DNA of 64,000 nucleotides from Opitutales bacterium. Lineage in GTDB: Bacteria > Verrucomicrobiota > Verrucomicrobiia > Opitutales > UBA2987. The stretch is from contig CBDDEL010000015.1 of NCBI GenBank assembly GCA_965226885.1, positions 678,830-742,829 of the forward strand. The letters are read 5' to 3'. Position numbers and translations under genes: made by a program. The notes under the pieces are model-generated. The model ran no database searches, was not told the origin of the DNA, and saw only the letters and a list, made by a program, of their open reading frames with translations. The first letter of the stretch is position 1; every line of letters begins with the position of its first letter. Below, in pieces: positions 41,207 through 51,092 of the stretch.

Positions 41207-43783
41207 GTGAGCTATTTTGCAAGAATCCCAGTCATTTATTTTGGATGGATCGTTTTAACCGCTTCTGCAGGTCTCTACGGCCAGGCGACGGACTTGTTTT
41301 TTTCCGAATATGTGGAAGGCAGCGGTAGCAATCAAGCCCTCGAAATCTACAACGGCACAGGGGCGCCGGTAAACCTCGCGGGCTACGAGGTATTGCTCCT
41401 CTCCTCCAGCGGAACCGAGTTTGCCACATTTAACCTCAATAGCACCGGAACCAGCCTTGGGAATGGCGAGACTCTCGTCATCGCCAACCCCAATTCCGAC
41501 CTGGCCCTCCGTTTGCTCTCCGACGCCACTTCAAACGTAGCTTTCTTTAATGGCAGCAATCCGGTGGGCCTGAAAAAAGACGGCGACCTCATCGATCTGA
41601 TTGGCATCATCGGTGCAGCCGCAGGCCCCTGGGGCAGCGGTGATGATGCCACCAGGGACCACACCCTGCGCCGGCTGGAAAGCGTGACTTCCGGCGATCC
41701 CGATGGTTTTGACGATCCATTGGACCTCTCCGCCCAATGGGCCGGTTTCGAGCAGGACAATTTTGATGGCGTGGGAGCCCATCCCGGCCTCAATGCTGGA
41801 GGCGGCGGTGGTGGCGGCGAAGACCTCATGGCCGAAATTTTTGAAATTCAGGGCAGCGGAACAAGCAGTGTTTTCGATGACCAGATCGTCACGACCGAAA
41901 ACAATGTCGTCACCGCAGTCGTCGCCGACGGCTTTTTCATGCAGACCCCGGCCGAGCGGGACGACGATAATCCGGCCACCTCCAACGGCATATTCTTATA
42001 TACCGACGACCCCCCGGCGGTTGCCGTGGGCGACCTCGTAAATGTCACCGGTATTGTGCAGGAGTTTTTCGAAATGACAGAATTCACTCTCGGACCTGTC
42101 GATGGAATGGATGGCCCCATAATTACCGTCCTCTCCTCTGGCAACCCGCTCCCGGCGCACATCCAACTGGACGAATCGAACCCTTCCCCCGACCCGGAAT
42201 CTCCCATCAATTTCGAGCGCTACGAAGGAATGCGGGTGGCTGTGGCCTCAGGTATCGTAACCGGCCCCACGGATTTCTTTGGAAACCTCCAAGTGGCGGC
42301 CAAGTCCACACGCACCTTTCGCGAACCGGGGATTTTGTATCCGGCCGAATCCGGGCGACCGGTCTGGGACGGTAATCCGGAGGTCTTCGAGCTGAATCCC
42401 GATGGATTGGGTCTGGACGATGTCGAACTTCCCGCCGGAACCACATTCGATGCCGCGGGCGTCCTCTTTTTCTCTTTCGGGTTTCACCAACTGCTGCCGG
42501 ACGTTTTCAACTACACAGCGGCGGACCTGCCACGGGCGGTGAGGGACCCCAATCCCGGAGAATTTACCGTCGGCACCCAGAATTTCAGGCAGCTAAACGT
42601 TGTCGACATCGATTTCCCGGTCAGGAGTGCGAAATTTTCCCGGCAAATCCGGGAGGTTTTAAAAGCGCCCGACATCCTCGGCGTGCAGGAGGTGCAAACC
42701 TTAAGCACCCTGACCAGCCTGGCCGCAAAAATTCAGCAGGACGATGCCGGCATCTCCTACACTGCCTATATGATTTCGACGAGTGGGGCCATCAACAATG
42801 GCTTTCTGGTGCGCGACACCATCACCGTCGATACTGTAACCGAAATGGGCCGCGATGAAACTCTATCGACAGGCGGCACTCTGCACGACCGCCCGCCGGT
42901 TTTGCTATCAGGAAACTATACAGGAGCAGGCGATCCCTTTCCCATCAAGGTTCTCGTCGTGCATAACCGCTCGCTGATTGATTCAAACTTCACTTTTACC
43001 CAAACCAAGCGGCTGGAGCAAGCGCAGTCCATCGCCCAAATGGTGCAGGACATGCAAACAGCGGACCCCAATGTGCATCTAATCGTCACTGGCGATTTCA
43101 ATGCTTTTGAGTTCACCGACGGCTTTGTCGATATTATGGGCCAGATATTGGGAGACATCACACCTGCTGACAATTCGCGCTCCGGTCCGGATTTGGTCGA
43201 TCCCAATCTCATCAACCTGATTTTCCGACTCCCTGCCGAGGAACGCTACTCATTCAATCTGGATGGCAATTCCGAAGCCCTCGACCACATCCTGACCTCC
43301 ATAGCACTCGATCCCTTTGTTGTGGATGTCGCCTATGGCCGCAGTAATTCCGATGCTCCCGCCAGCTTCGATGACGATTCCAGCAATCCACTGCGCTCCA
43401 GCGACCACGACGGTATGGTCGCTTTTATTGACACCGGAATCGAGCCGGATGTATTTGGCGGTGTCGATATCGCCGGTTTTCCGGGCTGGAAAGCCTCCGC
43501 CTGGTACCTCAACTACAATGTGGCCAGCTGGCCCTGGATCTACCACGATGAACACGGCTGGCAATTTGTATCCGGCAGCAGCACCCCGGACGTCATCTTC
43601 CTTTTCGACCAAGGTTTACAGGAATGGATATTTCTCAATGCGAACACCTATCGCTGGCTTTTCTTGTTCAGCAACACCCCCGGCTGGATCTTCAGTTTCG
43701 ATGACAATACCCCGGACCGCAGGTTTTTCCAAAGACTTGATGATGGATCGCTTTTCAGCATCCCGCCGGATATTGGAAACTAA
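41207..43783 (+). CDS. Extracellular nuclease, ExeM/YhcR-like (LTD, OB-fold, EEP catalytic domain, aromatic C-terminal domain)
   Basis: DLFFSEYVEG LTD; IFEIQG...GFFMQ...SNGIF...VGDLVNVTG OB-fold; ERYEGMRV; GVQEV, GDFNA, LDHIL and SDHD EEP motifs. Confidence 0.92.
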   Translation: MSYFARIPVIYFGWIVLTASAGLYGQATDLFFSEYVEGSGSNQALEIYNGTGAPVNLAGYEVLLLSSSGTEFATFNLNSTGTSLGNGETLVIANPNSDLALRLLSDATSNVAFFNGSNPVGLKKDGDLIDLIGIIGAAAGPWGSGDDATRDHTLRRLESVTSGDPDGFDDPLDLSAQWAGFEQDNFDGVGAHPGLNAGGGGGGGEDLMAEIFEIQGSGTSSVFDDQIVTTENNVVTAVVADGFFMQTPAERDDDNPATSNGIFLYTDDPPAVAVGDLVNVTGIVQEFFEMTEFTLGPVDGMDGPIITVLSSGNPLPAHIQLDESNPSPDPESPINFERYEGMRVAVASGIVTGPTDFFGNLQVAAKSTRTFREPGILYPAESGRPVWDGNPEVFELNPDGLGLDDVELPAGTTFDAAGVLFFSFGFHQLLPDVFNYTAADLPRAVRDPNPGEFTVGTQNFRQLNVVDIDFPVRSAKFSRQIREVLKAPDILGVQEVQTLSTLTSLAAKIQQDDAGISYTAYMISTSGAINNGFLVRDTITVDTVTEMGRDETLSTGGTLHDRPPVLLSGNYTGAGDPFPIKVLVVHNRSLIDSNFTFTQTKRLEQAQSIAQMVQDMQTADPNVHLIVTGDFNAFEFTDGFVDIMGQILGDITPADNSRSGPDLVDPNLINLIFRLPAEERYSFNLDGNSEALDHILTSIALDPFVVDVAYGRSNSDAPASFDDDSSNPLRSSDHDGMVAFIDTGIEPDVFGGVDIAGFPGWKASAWYLNYNVASWPWIYHDEHGWQFVSGSSTPDVIFLFDQGLQEWIFLNANTYRWLFLFSNTPGWIFSFDDNTPDRRFFQRLDDGSLFSIPPDIGN

Positions 43784-45078
43784 AATCCGAAAAATCTCGG
43801 CAGCCAGAGGCTTAGCCAGGAAAACTTGGTAACCAGGATAAGCGCCAATATCATGCCGCCGTAAAGCGGCAGCAGGGGCCGGATGACCTCGCCAATGGTG
43901 GTCCCGCTGACGCTGCAACCGACAAAAAGAACCGTCCCCACCGGCGGGGTGCACAGCCCGATGCTCAGGTTCATAACCATGATAATGCCGAAATGCACCG
44001 GGTCGATGCCCAGTTCCGTCACCACCGGCAAAAATATGGGCGTAAATATGAGAACGGCCGGGGCCATATCCATAAAAATCCCTACGGTGAGAAGGAGAAC
44101 ATTGATAAGCAGTAGGACCATCAGCGGGTTTTCCGTCAGCGATAGCAAAATCGCCGTCACATGATGGGGAATGTTCTCATAAGCCATGATCCACGACATG
44201 GCCATTGAGGCCCCCACCAAAAGCATGACAATCGAGGTCGTGGCGGCAGCCCGCAGCAATATTTGAGGCAACTCGGAAATACGAACCTCCCGGTATATAA
44301 AAACGGAAAGAATAAACGTATAGAGCACCGCCACGGCAGCCGCCTCCGTCGCCGTAAAGATACCCGCCACGATGCCCCCGATGACGACAATGAGCAAAAA
44401 AAGACTGGGCAGTGCCCGGATAAAACAGCGAATCGTGGTTTTCAGCGGCAAAAACCTGCTCCGTGGGTATTTCCCACGATAGGCCAGTATGCCGGACACC
44501 ACCATGAGGGAAAGACCAATCAGGATCCCCGGTAGGTAGCCGGCCAGGAAAAGGGCCGTTATGGACAGCCCACCGGCGGCCAGGGAATAGAGGATCAGTA
44601 TGTTGCTCGGCGGAATAATCAAACCGGTGGTGGCGGCCGTCAGATTGACCGCGGCGGAAAAGTTTTTATCATACCCCTCCGCCACCATGCGCGGGCCCAT
44701 CACGCTGCCTATGGCCGAGGCGGCCGCCGTCGCCGATCCGGAGATGGAACCGAATAGCATCGAAGCGAGAATATTGACATATGCCAGGCCGCCCGGGAAA
44801 GCCCCCAGCAGGGCTTTGGCAAACTCGACCAATCGCGCCGCAATGCCGCCCCGGTTCATCAATTCCCCGGCGAGGACGAAAAACGGAATGGCCAGCAGGG
44901 CAAAACTATCGATCCCGGTCGCCATGACCTGGGCCACGGTGGTCAAAGAGGCCAACGGCGCAATGCTGGTCAGCATGGTCGCCACCGTGGCCAGCCCAAT
45001 GCAAAAAGAGATGGGCACCCCCAACCCGACCAATAGAAAAAAGGTCAGGGCCAACACAACTATGGGAAACCAATCCAT
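43780..45078 (-). CDS. dctM: TRAP transporter large permease
   Basis: LLAIPFFVLAGELMNRGG, GSISGS, IIPPS, FTATEA, GIDPVHFGI and TPPVG. Confidence 0.95.
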   Translation of the reverse strand: MDWFPIVVLALTFFLLVGLGVPISFCIGLATVATMLTSIAPLASLTTVAQVMATGIDSFALLAIPFFVLAGELMNRGGIAARLVEFAKALLGAFPGGLAYVNILASMLFGSISGSATAAASAIGSVMGPRMVAEGYDKNFSAAVNLTAATTGLIIPPSNILILYSLAAGGLSITALFLAGYLPGILIGLSLMVVSGILAYRGKYPRSRFLPLKTTIRCFIRALPSLFLLIVVIGGIVAGIFTATEAAAVAVLYTFILSVFIYREVRISELPQILLRAAATTSIVMLLVGASMAMSWIMAYENIPHHVTAILLSLTENPLMVLLLINVLLLTVGIFMDMAPAVLIFTPIFLPVVTELGIDPVHFGIIMVMNLSIGLCTPPVGTVLFVGCSVSGTTIGEVIRPLLPLYGGMILALILVTKFSWLSLWLPRFFGF

Positions 45079-45099
45079 ATTTCAGTATTTCCTAATTAA

Positions 45100-45645
45100 T
45101 TACTCGAATGAGACGGCGGATGATTTTTCCTGCTCCCCCATTTCCTCTTTACCCTTCGGCGATGAACGAGCGGTCTCCACCAGGGATAAACAGCAATAAT
45201 GGACCATGATGAGGCCGCTCAGTGGAACCACCGCATAGACCCAGCCCAAGGGCAATCGCATGGCCGCCGACACCTGTTCGAGATGGAATGATATGTAAAC
45301 CAGCCGCCCCCCTCCGACCACCAGGCCGAACAGGGCAAAGGTCAAAATGGCAACGTCGATGAAGATCAGCAGCGCCTTCTTTTTCAATCCGGCCAGGCGG
45401 GCCGGCAATAGGTCAACTCCAAGATGGATTTTTTGCCCCACACCGTAACTGGCCCCCAGCAGGGACACCCAAACGAGCAAAAACCTGGCCAGTTCCTCCG
45501 TAAAGGTGCTCGAATCGCGCAGGACGTAACGCGAGAAAACCTGCCACAAGACGTCGATCACGAGCACGGCCATAACCACGCTGAGCATCCCTTCCAGCGC
45601 CTTGTCGGTGGCCTTTTTTACGGAAGCTGGATCGGTTATGCTCAT
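45100..45645 (-). CDS. dctQ: TRAP transporter small permease
   Basis: WQVFSRYVL...TEELARFLLVW...HLGVD. ATG at 45645 overlaps the dctP stop. Confidence 0.92.
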   Translation of the reverse strand: MSITDPASVKKATDKALEGMLSVVMAVLVIDVLWQVFSRYVLRDSSTFTEELARFLLVWVSLLGASYGVGQKIHLGVDLLPARLAGLKKKALLIFIDVAILTFALFGLVVGGGRLVYISFHLEQVSAAMRLPLGWVYAVVPLSGLIMVHYCCLSLVETARSSPKGKEEMGEQEKSSAVSFE

Positions 45646-46620
45646 TCCGTGTCCTGGATCTGTGTGATTAAAGAGGATAATTCGGGCCGTTTCATATAAT
45701 CTTCGTAAATAGGCCGCACTTTTTCCCGAAAGAGCGTCTTGTCCGGAATTATGATCTCCACCCCGGCCTGGCGCACGGCCTCCAGCGCTTCCTCGCTCGC
45801 TTGCTGCCAAATCTCTTTCTGGAATCGATAAGACTCCAACGCTGCCTCCTGTAGCCAGTTCTGCTCCTCTGCCGTCAAACGCTTCCAGATGTGGACGCTC
45901 ACCACCAGGATATCCGGCACAGTGATGTGTTCGTCCAGGGTATAAAAGCGGCAAACCTCGAACTGCCGTGAGGTGTATAGAGTCGGGGGATTGTTTTCGG
46001 CCCCGTCAACCACCCCCTGCTGCAATGCGCTGTAGAGTTCGCCCCAGGCAATAGGAGTGGCCGAGCCGCCCAGCAGATTGACCGTTCTCAAGGCGGTGGG
46101 GCTTTCCGGCGTTCTTATTTTCAGCCCTTTGAGGTCGTCCGGAGTGCGGATGGCCTTGTCCTTGGTATAAAAGCTGCGGCTGCCGGAATCGTAGTAACAA
46201 AGCCCCCGCAGCCAGAAATCCTGGCATTCGAGGAGAAGCTTTTGACCGACTTCCCCCTCCAGCACATTAAAATAATGTTCCCGGTCCCGAAAAAGGTAAG
46301 GCATGGTAAAAACCTCGTAGGAGGGCGAAAACCCTTCCAGCACCATGGTCGTGGTTTTGGCGATGCCGAGGCTGCCGATTTGCAGCAATTCGAGCAACTC
46401 CCAGTCGTTGGCGCCGGCTGGGATAGATGTCGATGCGCATTTTTCCGCCGGATTTTTCCGCCACCTTTTCCGCCAAATACACCATGGCGTGGTGGACGGG
46501 GTGCGAAATATCGAGCACATGCCCCAGTTTCACCACCTTCACATCGCGGCGGCTCCCACCGCAGCCTGCCGCCATCAGGCAAACAAACGCCGCAATTAAA
46601 ATCTTTCCTGGAGACAGCAC
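45642..46620 (-). pseudogene. dctP: TRAP substrate-binding lipoprotein DctP, frameshifted near 46400-46420 (possibly a consensus error)
   Basis: The N-terminus (lipobox AAGC, KLGH...HPVH...SGGKMRIDIYPS) and the body (DLKGLKIR, ELYSALQQGVVDGAENN) lie in different frames. The expected GQLG motif is garbled. Confidence 0.85.
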
Positions 46621-46774
46621 GTGGTAGGGTAGGTTCTTCTTAAATAATTTAAAACTCTGTTTAATTACGGACGCCGATCTCCTGAGGCCAGACTATTCTC
46701 CATTTTCGAAAAACGATAATTGCCTTTGCCCTTTGCCGATCGACACCCTTCAATACAACCAGCCTCTTAATAAA

Positions 46775-47456
46775 ATGGCAACTTTCAGGCAAGTCCCCTA
46801 CGACGAATTTGTGGAATACCCGGTGGAAGAAATGAAAACCCGGGCCGCCAAATTTTATGCGGAAGTCAAACGGCGGCGCACCATCCGCGACTTTTCCGCC
46901 CGCCCGGTGCCCCCGCCCGGTGCCCAGAGAAATCATCGAAAACTGCCTGCGCGCCGCCGCCACCGCGCCCAATGGGGCCAATTTCCAGCCCTGGCATTTC
47001 GCGGTGGCAGAAAGCCAGCAAGTCAAAAGGGAAATTCGCCTCGCAGCGGAAAAGGAAGAAAAGGAATTCTACGGCGGACGCGCCCCCGAAGAATGGCTCA
47101 GAGCCCTCGAACCGCTCGGCACAGATGAAAGCAAGCCATTTCTGGAAACGGCCCCCTGCCTCATAGCCATTTTTTCGGAATCCTACATCCATCGGGAAGA
47201 TGGTTCCAAAAGAACCAACTACTATGCCAAGGAATCGGTCGGCATCGCCTGCGGGGTACTCATCACGGCCCTGCACTGCTGCGGGCTGGCCACCCTCACT
47301 CACACGCCCAGCCCCATGAATTTCCTCAATCAGATTTTAAATCGCCCGCCCAACGAAAAACCCTTCCTCCTGCTGGTGGTCGGCTACCCCGCCGAAAACG
47401 TCCGCATACCGTCGCTTACCAAAAAGCCACTCGATCAAATATCCAGCTTCATTTGA
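46775..47456 (+). pseudogene. Nitroreductase family (iodotyrosine-deiodinase-like), frameshifted by a 13-bp duplication at 46899..46924
   Basis: [37 protein letters not shown] and TLTHTPSPM. Confidence 0.85.
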
Positions 47457-47600
47457 GCTTTCTCCCATTTTTGCCGATAAATAATTTAGCCCCAAATAAG
47501 AGGTTGATATTTAAAACCGGAAATGGATACTAGTCGCTCCTCAATCGCCAACGGCCCGCGATTGCAAGCCGGGCTCATCAAATCAAATCAGCGACCGGAC

Positions 47601-47697
47601 GGAGAGATGGCTGAGCGGCTGAAAGCGCTCCCCTGCTAAATAATTTATAAACTCTGTCGGGTATCGAGGGTTACGGATCGCCGATCTCTCTCCGCCA
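47601..47697 (+). other. Garbled partial copy of tRNA-Ser (probable assembly artefact)
   Basis: The first ~39 nt are identical to 48635, then interleaved with sequence from upstream of the nitroreductase. Confidence 0.6.
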
Positions 47698-47805
47698 TCC
47701 GCGCAGACTATTCGTCCATTTTCAAGAGGAACGATAATTGCCTTTGCCGAGGGTTTGACCGATCGACAGCGCAGATGGGCAATACAAACCATGCCTCTTA
47801 ATAAA

Positions 47806-48495
47806 ATGAACAACTTTCAGGCAAGTCCCCTACGACGAATTTGTGGAATACCCGGTGGAAGAAATGAAAACCCGGGCCGCCAAATTTTATGCGGAAGTCA
47901 AACGGCGGCGCACCATCCGCGACTCTTTTCCGCCCGCCCGGTGCCGTGGCCGCCCGGTGCCCAGAGAAATCATCGTAAAAACTGCCTGCGCGCCGCCGCC
48001 ACCGCGCCCAATGGGGCCAATTTCCAGCCCTGGCATTTCGCGGTGGCAGAAAGCCAGCAAGTCAAAAGGGAAATTCGCCTCGCAGCGGAAAAGGAAGAAA
48101 AGGAATTCTACGGCGGACGCGCCCCCGAAGAATGGCTCAGAGCCCTCGAACCGCTCGGCACAGATGAAAGCAAGCCATTTCTGGAAACGGCCCCCTGCCT
48201 CATAGCCATTTTTTCGGAATCCTACATCCATCGGGAAGATGGTTCCAAAAGAACCAACTACTATGCCAAGGAATCGGTCGGCATCGCCTGCGGGGTACTC
48301 ATCACGGCCCTGCACTGCTGCGGGCTGGCCACCCTCACTCACACGCCCAGCCCCATGAATTTCCTCAATCAGATTTTAAATCGCCCGCCCAACGAAAAAC
48401 CCTTCCTCCTGCTGGTGGTCGGCTACCCCGCCGAAAACGTCCGCATACCGTCGCTTACCAAAAAGCCACTCGATCAAATATCCAGCTTCATTTGA
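47806..48495 (+). pseudogene. Second tandem copy of the nitroreductase gene with several indels in its 5' part
   Basis: The 3' part is identical to copy 1 at +1039 bp. The 5' part is frameshifted. Confidence 0.7.
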
Positions 48496-48634
48496 GCTTT
48501 CTCCCATTTTTGCCGATAAATAATTTAGCCCCAAATAAGAGGTTGATATTTAAAACCGGAAATGGATACTAGTCGCTCCTCAATCGCCAACGGCCCGCGA
48601 TTGCAAGCCGGGCTCATCAAATCAGCGACCGGAC

Positions 48635-48726
48635 GGAGAGATGGCTGAGCGGCTGAAAGCGCTCCCCTGCTAAGGGAGTATACCCTTTGTCGGGTATCGA
48701 GGGTTCGAATCCCTCTCTCTCCGCCA
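48635..48726 (+). tRNA. tRNA-Ser(GCT)
   Basis: Acceptor GGAGAGA/TCTCTCC-GCCA, anticodon arm CTCCC-CTGCTAA-GGGAG, long variable arm, GGTTCGAATCC T-loop. Confidence 0.97.
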
Positions 48727-48841
48727 TCCGCGCAGCGACGTCAGCAAGAGGAATGAAAAATCCAAGCCGAGGGTTTGACGGAGCGAAGCGCAGATGGGCC
48801 ATGCAAAGCATGGGTCCGAAGGACTTGAACAAAGTTCAACC

Positions 48842-48860
48842 AATCCCTCTCTCTCCGCCA
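48842..48860 (+). repeat. Direct repeat of the tRNA-Ser 3' end
   Basis: AATCCCTCTCTCTCCGCCA is repeated 115 bp after the tRNA end. Confidence 0.9.
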
Positions 48861-48943
48861 TTTATACGCCGTTAAAAATAGTCTCCTGGGGGAAATCCGA
48901 ACTTGTGATGATGGAAATTTAATGCATTATTCGATCCTTACCG

Positions 48944-49553
48944 ATGTGCATCGCCCGGGTTATAATCGCCATTGGCTGTTTCCACTGCTCACTCATGGCT
49001 CTCGTCGTCGAGGCGGCGGAACGTGTTACCGTGGCAGCATTTTTCCGCGACGAGCAGATTCGGTCGGTAAAAATTGCCCCAGACGGTCAATACCTTGCCT
49101 ACCTGCGTGCCCCACAAAGGCAAATATACCCTTTTCACCGTTCGAATCGGCGATCCGGACAGTGTAAGGGGGATAATCGGCCGGTGGAAGACGGATGTAT
49201 CTAGGTTCTTTTGGTTGGGTCCGGAATACCTTATTTTTTCGGCTTCCTACGAGCGCTATTACGCACTCGGGCTGTATTCAATTCACCGCGAAACCCGGCG
49301 CCAGAAGGAACTCCTCTCCGGGCGTCCGCATAAAATCTTCGATACGTTACCGAATGATGCGGAGAGATTTCTGATCGCGTTATACAGCAAACGGACGCTG
49401 TATCCAGACTTGAGTCTGATCGATATCAATGGCCTGCATCCGGTGATTCACTTTCCCAATCCGGGCGAAGCCACCTGGTTTATCGATGACTACGATGAAT
49501 CGATACGGCTGATCCATTTCCTTGACGGGAATCGGGGCTACTATAAATATCGC
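48944..49553 (+). pseudogene. 5' fragment of a probable S9-family peptidase (beta-propeller start), frameshifted near 49110 and truncated
   Basis: Signal peptide, FFRDEQIRSVKIAPDGQYLAY, then FFW...IFDTLPND in another frame. Ends abruptly at Ig-repeat DNA. Confidence 0.65.
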
Positions 49554-51092
49554 CCGCACGTCCGTGCCGTCGGTTATGCTATAGACAAAAAAGTCTACGA
49601 TGGTCTCACTGCCATCGTGGGTATAGGTGAACTCACCGTTGGCCGCCAGGTTGACAGTTCCATTATCCGTTGCATTCACACCGGTATTGATGACCGTGAG
49701 GACCGAGTTGTCCGGTGCATCGGTGTCATTGGCCAATACACTGGTGGCGCCGCCATCCAGTACCGAGGTGCTGCCACCTTCAGTTGTCACGGTGCTGTCC
49801 GGATTGGCCACTGGCGGCGAGTCGCTCACCGGGTTGATAGTGATTTCGACCCTCGCAACGCGCGAATCCTCCTCAACACCATCGCTGACGGTGTAATCGA
49901 AAAAGTCCGAAGTCGTCTCACTGCCATCATGTTCATAAACAAAAGTGCCGTCCTCCCCCAGGGTTACCTCGCCGTTGGTGGTTGTGATGGTGCCCGTTGA
50001 AGTCACCGTCAGATCATCGTCCTCGGCATCGTCATCATTGTCCAATACGCTATTATCACCGCCAGTTAAAATCGAAACCGTGCCTCCTTCGTCCGCAGAC
50101 GTTGCGTCATCCACGGCATTGGGCGGGTCGTTCACAGGGTTGACGGCTATATTGACCGTCCCCACATCCGTGAACTCTCCATCGCTTACTATATAATCAA
50201 AGCTGTCAGTGGTGGTCTCGCTGCCATCATGGGTATAGGTGAAAAAGCCTCCTGCCGCCAATGTTAAGGTGCCGTTGGAAGGGCCACTATCAATAGTCGC
50301 GGAAAGCACATCGGGAGGAAGATCGACATCGGTGTCGTTGGCCAATACATCCACGTTATTTATGGTGCCCCCCTCGTCCCCGGTGGCAAGGTCGTCCACC
50401 GCAGTAGGTGGATCGTTCTGATCAAGATTGATGGTAATTGTGACCAATGCCGTATCGGAATCTCCCGATCCATCGTTGACAGTATATACAAAGCTGTCGG
50501 TAGTTGTCGAAGTTCCATCGTGGGTATAAGTAAATGTGCCATTGGCTAACAGAGCCACATCACCATTCAGAGGATCGGTTGCAGGATTGTGATCTAATAT
50601 TAGAGTATCGCCATCGGCATCGGCGTCGTTGGCTAGCAAGCTCGTAACACCATTATCAAGTGTAGAAACAGATCCACCTTCGCTTACAGTGGCAGATTCC
50701 CCAGTGGCTACAGGTGAAGCAGCGTTTGTGGATGGGGAGGGATTAGCGGCTCCTGGCGTATCGGTAACTCCTAAGTCGAAATCGCCAATGACCCAATCTC
50801 CCGAAGTTCTGTCGCGAAATGCATGCGCTGGAACAAATGAGCCGTCCGGTCCTATATCAGCTCCACCAAGACCTACGGCATAAACCTCGTCTCCGGTGCC
50901 CACTGATTCAATCAGACTGACAGCATCAAGAACAGATGTCCACGGAGTCGTATCCAATACTCCATCTGGTTCATCATCCAGAAAGGATTCATCTAAAACA
51001 CCGGTTAAACCCGTAACAAGCAAATGAGTTACGTTATCGCTATTTTCGAAATCGAGTTCAAAACCCGTAAAGACCGCATCGGCTGTCCCTAA

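Larger units (their letters stand above)
36790..45813 (+). repeat. Copy A of a direct duplication of at least 9.0 kb
   Basis: All ORFs recur with identical translations at +18187 bp. Identity starts at TTCTTTTAAATTAGTCAACAC. Confidence 0.95.

Noticed and set aside
34785..43783. Diversity-generating retroelement acting on the similar C-terminal regions
   Set aside because: There is no reverse transcriptase and no non-coding template repeat. The differences look like ordinary paralog divergence, not adenine-specific changes.
46395..46425. Programmed frameshift in dctP
   Set aside because: There is no slippery site, the conserved motif is garbled, and the site lies in a region with other signs of consensus error.
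47601..47697. Second functional or intron-containing tRNA-Ser
   Set aside because: The anticodon 3' strand and T-arm are destroyed by interleaved foreign sequence. Likely an artefact.
49074..50000. 308-aa ORF as a real gene
   Set aside because: It is a chimera of the peptidase fragment and antisense Ig-repeat DNA across the junction at ~49551.
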